A stretch of DNA of 32,000 bases, from assembly GCF_000007185.1 (NCBI RefSeq), contig NC_003551.1, positions 510,001-542,000 of the forward strand, written 5' to 3'. A program made the position numbers and the translations under genes. The notes beneath the pieces are model-generated. The model had not been told where the DNA came from. It ran no database searches and saw only the letters and a program-made list of their open reading frames with translations. The number at the start of each line of letters is the position of its first letter. Position 1 is the stretch's first letter. Of the stretch, positions 1 through 10,219 are shown one piece after another. This stretch comes from Methanopyrus kandleri AV19. Its GTDB lineage: Archaea; JAADCQ01; Methanopyri; Methanopyrales; Methanopyraceae.

Positions 1-6
1 AAGAAG

Positions 7-690
7 GTGTTACGCGTGTACGACTGCGGGGCTACCCCTGGAACCGCACGGCGAACCCTGGAGTTAGCGGAGAGATTCGAGGGGTTCGTGTTCTCCACGA
101 TCGGGCTCCATCCCCCACGAGCGCCGAGGATGCAGCAGAGCGTCATCGATGACGTGGTCCGAATTATCCGTGAGCACGCCGACAGGATCGCGGCAATTGG
201 AGAGATAGGTCTTGACTACCACTACGTGAAGGAACCCGGAGAGCGCAGGAGGATGCGAGAGGTCTTCGAGAGGTTCCTGAAGCTCGCGGAAGAGCTCGAC
301 AAGCCGGTAGTGATTCACGCCAGGGATGCGGAAGAGCACGCCCTCGAGGTCCTAGAGGACTACGACGTAGTCGCCATGTTCCACTGCTACGACGGACCGG
401 CCGAGCTCGCCCGGCGTATCGCGGACGCCGGCCACTACGTTTCACTGTCGACGATTCACGTCATTCGTGGACCGAAGGATGAGAGAACGCGGGAACTGCT
501 GGAGACTGTACCGTTGGAAGCGGCACTTACGGAGACGGACAGCCCATACCTGTCACCGGTGCGGGGAGAACGCAACGAGCCTCGGAACGTGTGGAGGGTA
601 ATAGAGTTGCTCGCGCGGGTGAAGGGAGTCCCCGTCGGCGAGGTAGTTGAGACCACGGCGCGTAACGCGCTGGAGTTCTACGATCTATGA
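7..690 (+). CDS. TatD-family metal-dependent hydrolase
   Basis: Full ORF; IGEIGLDYHY, VIHARDA, MFHCYDG and TETDSPYLSP motifs typical of TatD DNases. Confidence 0.9.
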   Translation: MLRVYDCGATPGTARRTLELAERFEGFVFSTIGLHPPRAPRMQQSVIDDVVRIIREHADRIAAIGEIGLDYHYVKEPGERRRMREVFERFLKLAEELDKPVVIHARDAEEHALEVLEDYDVVAMFHCYDGPAELARRIADAGHYVSLSTIHVIRGPKDERTRELLETVPLEAALTETDSPYLSPVRGERNEPRNVWRVIELLARVKGVPVGEVVETTARNALEFYDL

Positions 691-698
691 GGAGAAAA

Positions 699-710
699 TT
701 TTAAATATAA
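699..710 (+). promoter_or_regulatory. TATA box of the 5S rRNA gene
   Basis: TTTTAAATATAA in a GC-rich context, about 20-30 nt upstream of the 5S 5' end. Confidence 0.65.
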
Positions 711-729
711 CCCACCTAGCGTGCGGTTG

Positions 730-859
730 TGGCGGCGGCCACAGCGGCCGGGGCCACACCCGGGCCACATCTCGAACCCGGAAGTTAAGCCCGGCCGCGT
801 CCCGGGTGGTACTGCGCTCCGAGAGGGCGCGGGAAGCCCGGGATGCCGCCGCCGTCCCC
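730..859 (+). rRNA. 5S ribosomal RNA
   Basis: Contains CCACACCCGGGCCACATCTCGAACCCGGAAGTTAAG core and a GGCGGCGG / CCGCCGCC terminal helix; ends approximate. Confidence 0.93.
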
Positions 860-868
860 CAAATTGTT

Positions 869-1126
869 ATGAATCTTAAAACGATGGGGGGCGAGCCGTT
901 GAGGAAAACGAACCTGGCCGCGCTGGTCTCCGCCGTAGCGCTCCTTGGCGCGTTGGTGTTGGCCTTCGCCGGCGGTCCTAGGTGGCCCGTCGGGGTGTTA
1001 GCCCTAATAGTAGGTGGGTTAGACGTTATGATCTCGTTCCGGCGCGGCGGGGACAGGGTCCTCGGCCTGATGGGATTTCTACTGTTGATGGTAGGTATAG
1101 CCGTGCTAACGGGCAGGGTGAGATAG
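869..1126 (+). CDS. small membrane protein, two to three predicted TM segments
   Basis: In-frame ATG at 869 of ORF 647..1126; hydrophobic segments LAALVSAVALLGALVLAFAGG and VLGLMGFLLLMVGIAVL. The upstream part of the ORF overlaps 5S and is unlikely to be translated. Confidence 0.6.
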   Translation: MNLKTMGGEPLRKTNLAALVSAVALLGALVLAFAGGPRWPVGVLALIVGGLDVMISFRRGGDRVLGLMGFLLLMVGIAVLTGRVR

Positions 1127-1127
1127 T

Positions 1128-1655
1128 TTGAAGTTGTGCCTGGTGGCGTTTGACGGAAGGATCCCCATGCTCAGCAGTATCGTCGATAGGTTCGAGGAAC
1201 ACGTGTCGGAGTACCTAGGCGAGGTTAAGGTGAAAAAGAAACGCGCGAAACTACCCGAGCATGCGTACTCCAAGGTGAGAGGCCAATACCTAGCGAGGGC
1301 CCTCCTCGATACCCTACGTGGCATGAAAGGGGAGTACGACCGCGTTTTAGGGTTGACCTCGGAGGACCTCTACGCTCCGGGACTCAACTTCGTCTTCGGT
1401 CAAGCTCGATGTCCGGGTAGAGAGGCCGTAGTCTCGGTGGCCCGACTGCTGGATCCGGATCCGGAGTTGTACCTGGAGCGTGTCGTGAAGGAGCTCACGC
1501 ACGAGCTCGGACACACCTTCGGGTTGGGCCACTGCCCGGACCGTAACTGCGTGATGAGCTTCTCGAGTTCACTTCTCGAAGTAGACCGCAAATCACCGAA
1601 CTTCTGTCGAAGATGTACCGAATTACTTCAAAGAAACTTGAAACGCGGAGGTTGA
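1128..1655 (+). CDS. amzA: archaemetzincin-like zinc metalloprotease
   Basis: HELGHTFGLGHC zinc motif followed by C-x4-CVM and a CRRC pair, the archaemetzincin signature. Confidence 0.92.
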   Translation: MKLCLVAFDGRIPMLSSIVDRFEEHVSEYLGEVKVKKKRAKLPEHAYSKVRGQYLARALLDTLRGMKGEYDRVLGLTSEDLYAPGLNFVFGQARCPGREAVVSVARLLDPDPELYLERVVKELTHELGHTFGLGHCPDRNCVMSFSSSLLEVDRKSPNFCRRCTELLQRNLKRGG

Positions 1656-2170
1656 ACGGGGCCGTAGTCGTGACCATCGAGTACGTAGACAAAGTGGGGC
1701 GCAGAGTGGTCGTTCGGAGGGCTAAAAGGTCCGACATCCCGGAAGTTGTGGAGATAGAAGAGCGTGCGTTCCCGAAATCACCGTATCCTACGTACGTCTT
1801 CCTCTATAACCTGAGTAACAATCCGGAGGGGTTCCTGGTGGCTGAAGTTGGGGGTAAGGTGGTAGGATACGTCATCTTCGAGCTCCGACCGTGGCTCGGT
1901 GAGGGCCATATAGTCTCGATCGCCGTACATCCCAACTACCGGCGTACCGGAATCGGCACGATCCTCATGGGAGAGGCCGAGCGCAAGATAGCGGAAGCCG
2001 GATACGAAACCGTCAGACTGGAAGTTAGGGAGTCAAACTTTCCGGCCAGACGTTTCTACGAACGACTGGGTTACAGGGAGGAACGTAGAGAACACGGTTA
2101 CTACTCCGACGGAGAGACTGCCATAATCATGGTAAAGAAGCTGAAATCTCCCATCCAGTATCGACAATGA
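1652..2170 (+). CDS. rimI: GNAT family N-acetyltransferase (RimI-like)
   Basis: Motif A IVSIAVHPNYRRTGIGTILM and NFPARRFYERLGY; TTG start overlapping the upstream stop is likely. Confidence 0.85.
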   Translation: MNGAVVVTIEYVDKVGRRVVVRRAKRSDIPEVVEIEERAFPKSPYPTYVFLYNLSNNPEGFLVAEVGGKVVGYVIFELRPWLGEGHIVSIAVHPNYRRTGIGTILMGEAERKIAEAGYETVRLEVRESNFPARRFYERLGYREERREHGYYSDGETAIIMVKKLKSPIQYRQ

Positions 2171-2248
2171 CGTCGTCAAGGCTCTTGGGAGCGGGAGTGC
2201 GGAGTTCGGTGGACCAAAACGTTTTAAACATTATAACGATAGGTCATG

Positions 2249-2322
2249 TGGCCCCGCCGGGATTTGAACCCGGGCTACGGGCTCCGCAGGCCCGCGTCCT
2301 ATCCAGGCTAGACTGCGGGGCC
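2249..2322 (-). tRNA. tRNA-Arg(GCG)
   Basis: Reverse complement folds manually to a full cloverleaf: acceptor GGCCCCG/CGGGGCC, anticodon stem CGGGC/GCCCG with loop CUGCGGA, T arm CCGGG-UUCAAAU-CCCGG; 74 nt including discriminator A. Position 8 is C. Confidence 0.95.
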
Positions 2323-2349
2323 TGCTCCCTAGCGAGGAACCCCGCCCAG

Positions 2350-2358
2350 TTTAAAAAA
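2350..2358 (-). promoter_or_regulatory. TATA-like element for tRNA-Arg
   Basis: Minus-strand TTTTTTAAA about 28-36 nt upstream of the tRNA 5' end. Confidence 0.5.
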
Positions 2359-2448
2359 CCTTATGGGGCGGCGCGATCCCGACCGGTGAACGCTAAAGGT
2401 CCCCTCACACGGTCGACACCCTCACCGGTTTGTGGGGGAACCTCTCGG

Positions 2449-3675
2449 TTGTGGTGGCGCGAATACGTGAAAGAGATACAGCGAAAAGCTGAAACGGGCG
2501 AGTACGCGGTCCGTGGGTTCGGGACGAGCCGTAAAGTGCCGCACTTCGACGATTTGGTCATCCTCCCAGCCCAAGTTTCGCGACCTCCGATCGACAAGTA
2601 TCGGGAGCCGTGCAATACCAAGACAGTCCTCGGCGACCGGTTCGCGGAGAAACCACTGAAGTTGGATACCCCGGTGCTGGTTGGTGCCATGTCTTTCGGG
2701 GCGCTCAGCAAGGAGGCAAAGGTCGCGATCGCCCGTGGAACGGCTATGGTAGGAACCGCCACGAACACCGGTGAGGGGGGCATGTTACCGGAGGAACGGG
2801 AAGAAGCGAAGTGGCTCATCGCCCAGTACGCTTCGGGGCGATTCGGAGTCTCAGCGGAGTACTTGAACGCGGCCGACGCTATCGAGATCAAGATCGGACA
2901 GGGCGCCAAGCCCGGTATGGGAGGCCACCTCATGGGAGAGAAGGTGACGAAGGAGATCGCGGAGATAAGAGGTATCCCAAAGGGTTCGGACGCGCTGTCA
3001 CCGGCCCGTCATATGGACATAGTCGGACCCGAAGACCTGAAGATGAAAATCGAGCAGCTTCGGGAGATCACGGACTGGAAGATCCCGATCATCGTGAAGT
3101 ACAGCCCGGGTCGAGTCAAAGAGGATGTGAAGATCGCAGCCAAGGCCGGGGCCGATATTATAGCAATCGATGGAATGCAAGGCGGTACCGGCGCGTCACC
3201 GGAGATCGCGACCGAGAACGCCGGAATACCCACCATCGCCGCGCTAGTTCAGGCTGTGGAGGCCCTGAACGAGATCGGGATGCGGGACGAAGTCGACATA
3301 ATCATCTCGGGTGGCATCCGCGACGGTGCGGACGTCGCCAAGGCGTTAGCTTTGGGCGCCGACGCTGTCTATGTGTGCACCTCGGTCCTGATCGCCATGG
3401 GATGTACGGCATGCGCTCAGTGCCACTCTGGAAGGTGCCCGGTGGGTATCTGCACGCAGGATCCAGAGCTCCGTAAGAAACTGGATGTGGACGAGGCGGC
3501 GGAACGTGTGGCTAACTACCTGAAGGTGGTAACCGAAGAGTGCAAGATGTTGGCCCAGTTAGCCGGTAAGACGGACGTACACAACCTCGAAAAAGAGGAC
3601 CTTAGAGCGCTCTCGGAGGACGTCGCCCGTATTACCGGCGTGAAGATGGCCGGGTCCGACGTCGAGCTGGCCTAG
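2449..3675 (+). CDS. glutamate synthase-like protein (GltB FMN-binding domain, archaeal stand-alone form)
   Basis: GAMSFGALSKEAKVAIARG, NTGEGGM, IKIGQGAKPGMGGHL, DGMQGGTGASP, CTACAQCHSGRCPVGICTQDP. Start trimmed to TTG 2449, because the ORF's upstream part overlaps the tRNA. Confidence 0.88.
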   Translation: MWWREYVKEIQRKAETGEYAVRGFGTSRKVPHFDDLVILPAQVSRPPIDKYREPCNTKTVLGDRFAEKPLKLDTPVLVGAMSFGALSKEAKVAIARGTAMVGTATNTGEGGMLPEEREEAKWLIAQYASGRFGVSAEYLNAADAIEIKIGQGAKPGMGGHLMGEKVTKEIAEIRGIPKGSDALSPARHMDIVGPEDLKMKIEQLREITDWKIPIIVKYSPGRVKEDVKIAAKAGADIIAIDGMQGGTGASPEIATENAGIPTIAALVQAVEALNEIGMRDEVDIIISGGIRDGADVAKALALGADAVYVCTSVLIAMGCTACAQCHSGRCPVGICTQDPELRKKLDVDEAAERVANYLKVVTEECKMLAQLAGKTDVHNLEKEDLRALSEDVARITGVKMAGSDVELA

Positions 3676-3688
3676 GGGCCTCTCCCCG

Positions 3689-4252
3689 TTGATCCTCATA
3701 ATCGACAACCACGGCCAATACGTGCACCTGATCCGCAAGAACTTCGACTACATGGGTGTCCCCGCCGAGATCATCCCCAACACCACCGACCCCGAAGACG
3801 TCCGCGAGCGTGCGAGCGGTGTGGTGATCAGCGGAGGACCATCCCGTGAGCGGGCGGGTAACTCCCGAGAGATCATCGAGGAACTGACGGGAGAGGTACC
3901 TATACTGGGAATCTGCTTGGGTCACCAGCTCATGGCGGAGGTTTTCGGAGGAAAGGTGGACTGGGCCGCGGGCCGTGAAGAATACGCCAGGACCGAGGTG
4001 GAGATACTGGACCATGAAGGCATCTTCGAAGGCTTACCGGATAAGATCGTGGCTTGGGCCTCGCACCGGGACGAGGTGAAGGAAGTCCCAGATGAGTTCG
4101 TCGTCACGGCCCGCTCCGACAGATGCGAGGTAGAGGCGATGCGTCACGAGGAGTTACCATTATACGGGGTCCAGTTCCACCCCGAGCTGAAGTTCACCGA
4201 GTACGGGCCGGATATACTGAAGAACTTCGCGAAACTATGTGGCGAACTGTAA
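3689..4252 (+). CDS. guaAA: GMP synthase, glutamine amidotransferase subunit
   Basis: Class I amidotransferase ISGGPS, ILGICLGHQL and YGVQFHPE motifs; short glutaminase-only form. Confidence 0.92.
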   Translation: MILIIDNHGQYVHLIRKNFDYMGVPAEIIPNTTDPEDVRERASGVVISGGPSRERAGNSREIIEELTGEVPILGICLGHQLMAEVFGGKVDWAAGREEYARTEVEILDHEGIFEGLPDKIVAWASHRDEVKEVPDEFVVTARSDRCEVEAMRHEELPLYGVQFHPELKFTEYGPDILKNFAKLCGEL

Positions 4253-4254
4253 AG

Positions 4255-5541
4255 ATGGGGGGTAGCACGACGAAGTTCGGGTTCTTCACCCTCGTAGGTT
4301 ACACGGCGTTACTCCTGTCCTTAGGAGCGATCGTCGCGAGACTGTCCGAAGACAGGGGCCTCCCGGACATACCGTTCTTGCTCCTCCTCGGATTCTTGCT
4401 GGGCCCCATCGCCGGGATCGTACGTCCCGAGTACGCCCAGAAGGCGTTTCCGTTCGTGGGTACGCTAGGACTCATCATCATACTGCTCGACGGTGGATTC
4501 GAGATCGGTATCGACGTCCTGCGTCGCGTAGCCTCTCTCGTGGCGAAGTTAGACTCGATAACCCTACTGATAACGGCCGGGATATCCTCTCTGATATTCA
4601 ACCTCGTGTTCGGGCTGAAACCCTTCAGCCCGATAGGGTTCCTGTACGGCTCGATAACGTGTGCTACCGATCCGGCGACGTTGATCCCCGTATTCTCGAA
4701 GGTGGAGTTGCCTATCAACATTTCGACAGCTTTAATAGCCGAAAGCGTGTTCAACGATCCGCTAGGAGTCGTGCTGACCAAGATGTCACTGTCAGTGATG
4801 GGATTAAGCAGCCACCAGAATCCGATCCTGTTGTTCATCTCGTTAGCCGCAGGAGGAGCCGCCCTAGGCTTAGCCACCGGCGTGGTCCTCGAGCGATTGC
4901 TCGCCAGAGAGCCGTTCGGAGAGTATGTGGTACCCATAACCTTAGGAGCAGCCCTAGCGCTCTGGTACATATGCGAGGAGCTACTCCCTGGGTTGCTTGG
5001 ATACGAGCTGAGCGGATTCATGGCGGTGGCAGTACTTGGGATGTACCTGGGCAACAACTTGATCAAGCACGACTATCTGAAGGACGATCGGACGTTCCTC
5101 AAGGACTTCTTCGAAGAACTTTCCACAGTAGTCCGTATCATGGTGTTCACCCTCCTCGGAGCCTGCGTCAGCATTTCGCTGCTGAAGACGTTCTGGCTCA
5201 AGGGACTAGTATGCGCACTGAGCAACGTCTTCATCGCGCGGCCTGCAGGAGTCATCATCGGAACATACATACCACCGAAGGAGGACTTGAACCTGAAAGA
5301 GCGGATTTACCTGGCGCTCGAAGGACCGCGAGGGGTAGTACCGGCGGCTCTGGTAGGCACGATTTACTCCAAGATAGTATCTAACCCGCACGCGGTACCG
5401 GTAGCGATCGCCAGCGAGATGCCACCTAAGACCTTAGCCAGCGCCATTCTAGTGACCACGTTCCTCACGATATTCATCAGCGTGGTTCTCGAAGCTACAT
5501 GGGCTCAACCGCTGGCGAAGCGTCTTCTGAAGGAGGAGTAA
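4255..5541 (+). CDS. cation/proton antiporter, CPA1 family
   Basis: Multi-TM protein with ATDPATLIPVFSK, ALIAESVFNDPLG and EGPRGVVPAAL motifs; ATG at 4255 follows the upstream gene. Confidence 0.88.
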   Translation: MGGSTTKFGFFTLVGYTALLLSLGAIVARLSEDRGLPDIPFLLLLGFLLGPIAGIVRPEYAQKAFPFVGTLGLIIILLDGGFEIGIDVLRRVASLVAKLDSITLLITAGISSLIFNLVFGLKPFSPIGFLYGSITCATDPATLIPVFSKVELPINISTALIAESVFNDPLGVVLTKMSLSVMGLSSHQNPILLFISLAAGGAALGLATGVVLERLLAREPFGEYVVPITLGAALALWYICEELLPGLLGYELSGFMAVAVLGMYLGNNLIKHDYLKDDRTFLKDFFEELSTVVRIMVFTLLGACVSISLLKTFWLKGLVCALSNVFIARPAGVIIGTYIPPKEDLNLKERIYLALEGPRGVVPAALVGTIYSKIVSNPHAVPVAIASEMPPKTLASAILVTTFLTIFISVVLEATWAQPLAKRLLKEE

Positions 5542-5606
5542 CCCTCCGTCTGAGGAAAACTCGTCATCGCTCGGCAGGGGAGTGACTCTTCATCGGGGGA
5601 AAAACT

Positions 5607-6128
5607 TTGCCCGTCGAGAAGCACGTCGAACGAGCCCCGAAGCGACTAGCCATCGCCGTAATCACCGTCAGTACGTCCAAATTCGAGGAAGCGGCGCGCG
5701 GCGAAGAACCCGAGGACACTTCCGGAGATATCCTTGAATCACGGTTCGAGCAGGCGGGCCATGAGACGCGCTACCGAGTGCTGATACCCGACCAGAGGGA
5801 AATGGTGGCCGGAGCTGTCAAGTGGACCGCCAATCGCGTGGACGCTGTCGTGACGACGGGAGGTACCGGACTCACTCCGACAGACGTGACGATCGAAGCC
5901 GTAGGTGAGATCGCGGAAAAGCAGGTGCCTGGCTTCGGAGAACTGTTCCGGAGGAAATCCGAAGAAGACGTCGGCGCTCACTCGATCTTGAGTCGGGCCG
6001 AGATGTTCGTCGTCGACGGCACACCGGTGGCGTGTCTACCGGGGTCGCCGAACGCGGTGAAGTTAGGAGCGGAACTCCTCATCGAGGTGTTACCGCATGT
6101 TGTCGTTCATAGCCGCGGCGACGTTTAG
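5607..6128 (+). CDS. moaB: molybdenum cofactor biosynthesis protein MoaB (MogA/CinA fold)
   Basis: TTGGTGLTPTDVTIEA and CLPGSPNAV motifs. Confidence 0.88.
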   Translation: MPVEKHVERAPKRLAIAVITVSTSKFEEAARGEEPEDTSGDILESRFEQAGHETRYRVLIPDQREMVAGAVKWTANRVDAVVTTGGTGLTPTDVTIEAVGEIAEKQVPGFGELFRRKSEEDVGAHSILSRAEMFVVDGTPVACLPGSPNAVKLGAELLIEVLPHVVVHSRGDV

Positions 6129-6135
6129 GGGGAAC

Positions 6136-6585
6136 TTACTCCTTCTCTTTGATGATTTTCTCCACCACCCTAACGTTCTCGATGCGGGTGTGTGGGTACT
6201 GCCCCTCTTCGTCCTTCTCAGCGTACTTAACCATGTCCCAGAGCGTGACTAATCCGACCACTAACCCGGTGAGAGCGTCCATTTCGACACCCGTCTTCCC
6301 CTCGGACTTAACTCGTACCGACATCTTCACGCCGTCCTCGAGGACCTCGACGTCGACATCGACGCCAGTGATCTTGATAGGATGACAGTGGGGAACTAAC
6401 TCCGGCGTCTTCTTCACGGCGAGTATGGCGGCTACCTTGGCAACCTCGATAGGATCGCCCTTACCCTGTGGGTGAGATTCACCCGATTTCACCGCGTTCA
6501 CACCGTCCTCGGTCAGCCTGAGGAACCCGCTAGCTTCGGCAATGCGGATCTCCTCTTTCTTCCCGGTGACGTCAACCATCGACAT
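6136..6585 (-). CDS. moaC: cyclic pyranopterin monophosphate synthase MoaC
   Basis: MVDVTGK, AAILAVKKTPELVPHCHPI, TGVEMDALTG and DMVKYAEKD motifs; converges on moaB. Confidence 0.93.
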   Translation of the reverse strand: MSMVDVTGKKEEIRIAEASGFLRLTEDGVNAVKSGESHPQGKGDPIEVAKVAAILAVKKTPELVPHCHPIKITGVDVDVEVLEDGVKMSVRVKSEGKTGVEMDALTGLVVGLVTLWDMVKYAEKDEEGQYPHTRIENVRVVEKIIKEKE

Positions 6586-6723
6586 CCGTCTTCCCCCAGC
6601 GGTCACTCCTAAAGGGGCTCATCACCCACAAGTGGTCGGTACTGCGGGACCCGTTCATCCCACCTCGCGTATTGTTACGAAATCCATAACAATATGAGGA
6701 AAGGCGGGAAGTCATCGCCCCCG

Positions 6724-6744
6724 CGCAAGCCCGCCCTCCGGGGC
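6724..6744 (-). repeat. 3' arm of the 16S rRNA processing stem
   Basis: CGCAAGCCCGCCCTCCGGGGC is the perfect reverse complement of 8336-8356. An inner 9-bp helix is 6753-6761 with 8319-8327. Confidence 0.9.
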
Positions 6745-6775
6745 TTTCGTTACCCCGCCGCATCATCCCCGCCGC

Positions 6776-8290
<1,515 letters not shown>

Positions 8291-8335
8291 AAGTGACGGC
8301 CGCAAGGATTTCGGGTCCGCGGCGGGGCTCTCACG

Positions 8336-8356
8336 GCCCCGGAGGGCGGGCTTGCG
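8336..8356 (-). repeat. 5' arm of the 16S rRNA processing stem
   Basis: GCCCCGGAGGGCGGGCTTGCG, reverse complement of 6724-6744. Confidence 0.9.
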
Positions 8357-8450
8357 TCGACCCCGGGGCCCCTGGGGTATGTTCCCCCAGGGGGTTGCCC
8401 GGGGTCCCATCGGGGGCTCCTTCCCGCGGCCATCCCCCTCTGGAACGTGG

Positions 8451-8462
8451 TTATATATTAAA
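8451..8462 (-). promoter_or_regulatory. TATA box of the 16S rRNA gene
   Basis: Minus-strand TTTAATATATAACC resembles the 5S element TTTTAAATATAACCC. Confidence 0.65.
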
Positions 8463-8512
8463 CTTTCGGGCTTCTCGGATCGCAGACGTGGACCTCTATC
8501 CGGTTAAAGAGA

Positions 8513-8920
8513 ATGACGTTCCTAACCGCGGGGACGCGCTTGGTATCGCTCGATTACATCGCGGGCTTCTTCGACGGTGAGGGATCCGTGGTGGTCCGGT
8601 TCGTGAGGGACGGCCGGTACCGGGCGGGGTACAGGGTCTCCACCAAGGTGGTCTTCGTCCAGAAGGAGCGGGATGTCCTGGAGGAGATCCATGAGACCCT
8701 CGGGATGGGACACCTCTATCGCCGTGGGAGCGACGGCGTGTGGTACCTGGAGATCTACCGACGGGAGGATCTGCGCGAGTTCGTGGAACTGATTGGGAAC
8801 CGGACGATGGTGAAGCGGGACGCGCTCGAGCGGTTGGCGACGGTGTTGGAGCTCCTGGAAGGAGGTGTCCACGGGTCACGGGATGGACTGGAACGGATTC
8901 GCGAGGTCTGGGAGGGGTAG
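8513..8920 (+). CDS. LAGLIDADG-type homing endonuclease-like protein, free-standing, single motif
   Basis: YIAGFFDGEGSVVVRF matches the LAGLIDADG signature with the following acidic and strand pattern; no second motif visible. Exact start uncertain. Confidence 0.8.
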   Translation: MTFLTAGTRLVSLDYIAGFFDGEGSVVVRFVRDGRYRAGYRVSTKVVFVQKERDVLEEIHETLGMGHLYRRGSDGVWYLEIYRREDLREFVELIGNRTMVKRDALERLATVLELLEGGVHGSRDGLERIREVWEG

Positions 8921-9349
8921 GTGGGGTCGGTCAAGGGTGGGTAGGTCATCGGGGCGACCTCCCCTTCGCGGGCACTCCTCATCCCGTCGGTTCGATACCC
9001 TGAACGTCGGCGGATTCCGGTCCCCGTAGGGGTGTCTCGCAACGATCCCGGAGGGGTCGAGCGGGCCGCCTCCGGGTACTGTCACAGGCCTCGGTTAATG
9101 TGGGCCACCGCCTGTGTCGACGCCACGCGACGGGCACTCGAAGGACTCAGATGTGACGCCCGGGTTATCGTTGTAGTTTCCATAACGATCGCCGAGAGGG
9201 TCAGGAGCGACCGGTCAGCACCCTCGGGATTCATCACGGCCGGTGGCTCCGTTTGGGGCTAATCCCGCCATCATCCCGGACCCTTTCGGAGGAGGGTCGG
9301 GTGGGCGGATTCCGATCATCCCGTGGCGGTCGCTCCCGTGGCCGTGTCC

Positions 9350-10219
9350 TCATCCTTCCATCTCTTCGAGCTCTTCGAGCAACTTTTCGATGTCGTCGCG
9401 CTCCTCCTCCAGCTCCCCCAGCACCTCGGAGTCTTCGGCGACTTCACGGGCCATGGATTCGGGCATGTTGAGGACGTCGTTAAGGTACTCGTCGACGTCG
9501 CGGATCTCGCCGGCCTTCACGTCGAGGACCTTGTCGCAGTGCACGACGACGGTCCCGTCGTCGAGGATGCTCACCGGTGCCCGGTACTTGGGGAGGTGTG
9601 GAGGCAGGGTACGGATAGGGAGGAGACTGTACACCAGGGCGCCACGGAACTCGTGTACTGCGGTCTCCAGCAGGACGTCGGCGACCTCGGCGTTCGGCGA
9701 TCGTAAAGCGGACTCCGGTAGGGCGCATCCGGCGAGGACCGCGAGGTCGTTCCTCACGGCGGCTACCTTCAGGGTGGAGATTACCTGCAGGAACTTCTCG
9801 TGTTCGCCACGGTGCATCGGGTATATCGAGTCGATCACGACGACGTCGGGGTCGTATTCGGGGACGAGTTCTCGGATCCTGTGGGGCTCGAGGTCCTGGA
9901 TGATCTCGCCTACGGTCCGATGGTAGATACCGGCACGGACGCTGAAGGCGTTGAGGACGACCAGATCGCCTTTCTCGTAGGCTTCGCGGGCTCTCCTATC
10001 GTACTCCTCGGAACGTCGTAGGAACTCGTAGGGCGAGGTGCTGGTGGCGAGGAGGAGTACACGGAAACCGTCCTCCAGGACGTTCCAGACCGCGTTGTCG
10101 AGCAGGGGCTGCCGGGCGGACCCGGGAAGACCCGCGAGTACCGTCACACCACGTCTGGGGAGTCCGCCGCCGATCATCTCGTCGAAACCCGGTATGCGAG
10201 TCTCAATACGGTCGGTCAA
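9350..10219 (-). CDS. KaiC/RecA-superfamily ATPase-like protein with degenerate Walker A
   Basis: ETRIPGFDEMIGGGLPRRGVTVLAGLPGS resembles the KaiC/RadA N-terminus and DPDVVVIDSIYPM a Walker B; acidic coiled C-terminus. Confidence 0.75.
   Translation of the reverse strand: MTDRIETRIPGFDEMIGGGLPRRGVTVLAGLPGSARQPLLDNAVWNVLEDGFRVLLLATSTSPYEFLRRSEEYDRRAREAYEKGDLVVLNAFSVRAGIYHRTVGEIIQDLEPHRIRELVPEYDPDVVVIDSIYPMHRGEHEKFLQVISTLKVAAVRNDLAVLAGCALPESALRSPNAEVADVLLETAVHEFRGALVYSLLPIRTLPPHLPKYRAPVSILDDGTVVVHCDKVLDVKAGEIRDVDEYLNDVLNMPESMAREVAEDSEVLGELEEERDDIEKLLEELEEMEG

Noticed and set aside
2167-2448. N-terminal part of ORF 2167..3675
   Set aside because: Covers the tRNA gene on the opposite strand and has no similarity to GltB; the start is moved to 2449.
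2811-3476. 221-aa ORF inside the glutamate synthase-like gene
   Set aside because: Out-of-frame shadow ORF of a well-supported CDS.
5550-5600. Possible minus-strand C/D-box RNA (CCGATGA...CCGA-G-CGATGACGAGTTTTC)
   Set aside because: No acceptable terminal D box and poor spacing; too weak to call without expression data.
9009-9313. Repeated 11-mer GGCGGATTCCG in the noncoding gap
   Set aside because: Short match in high-GC sequence without extended similarity; likely coincidental.
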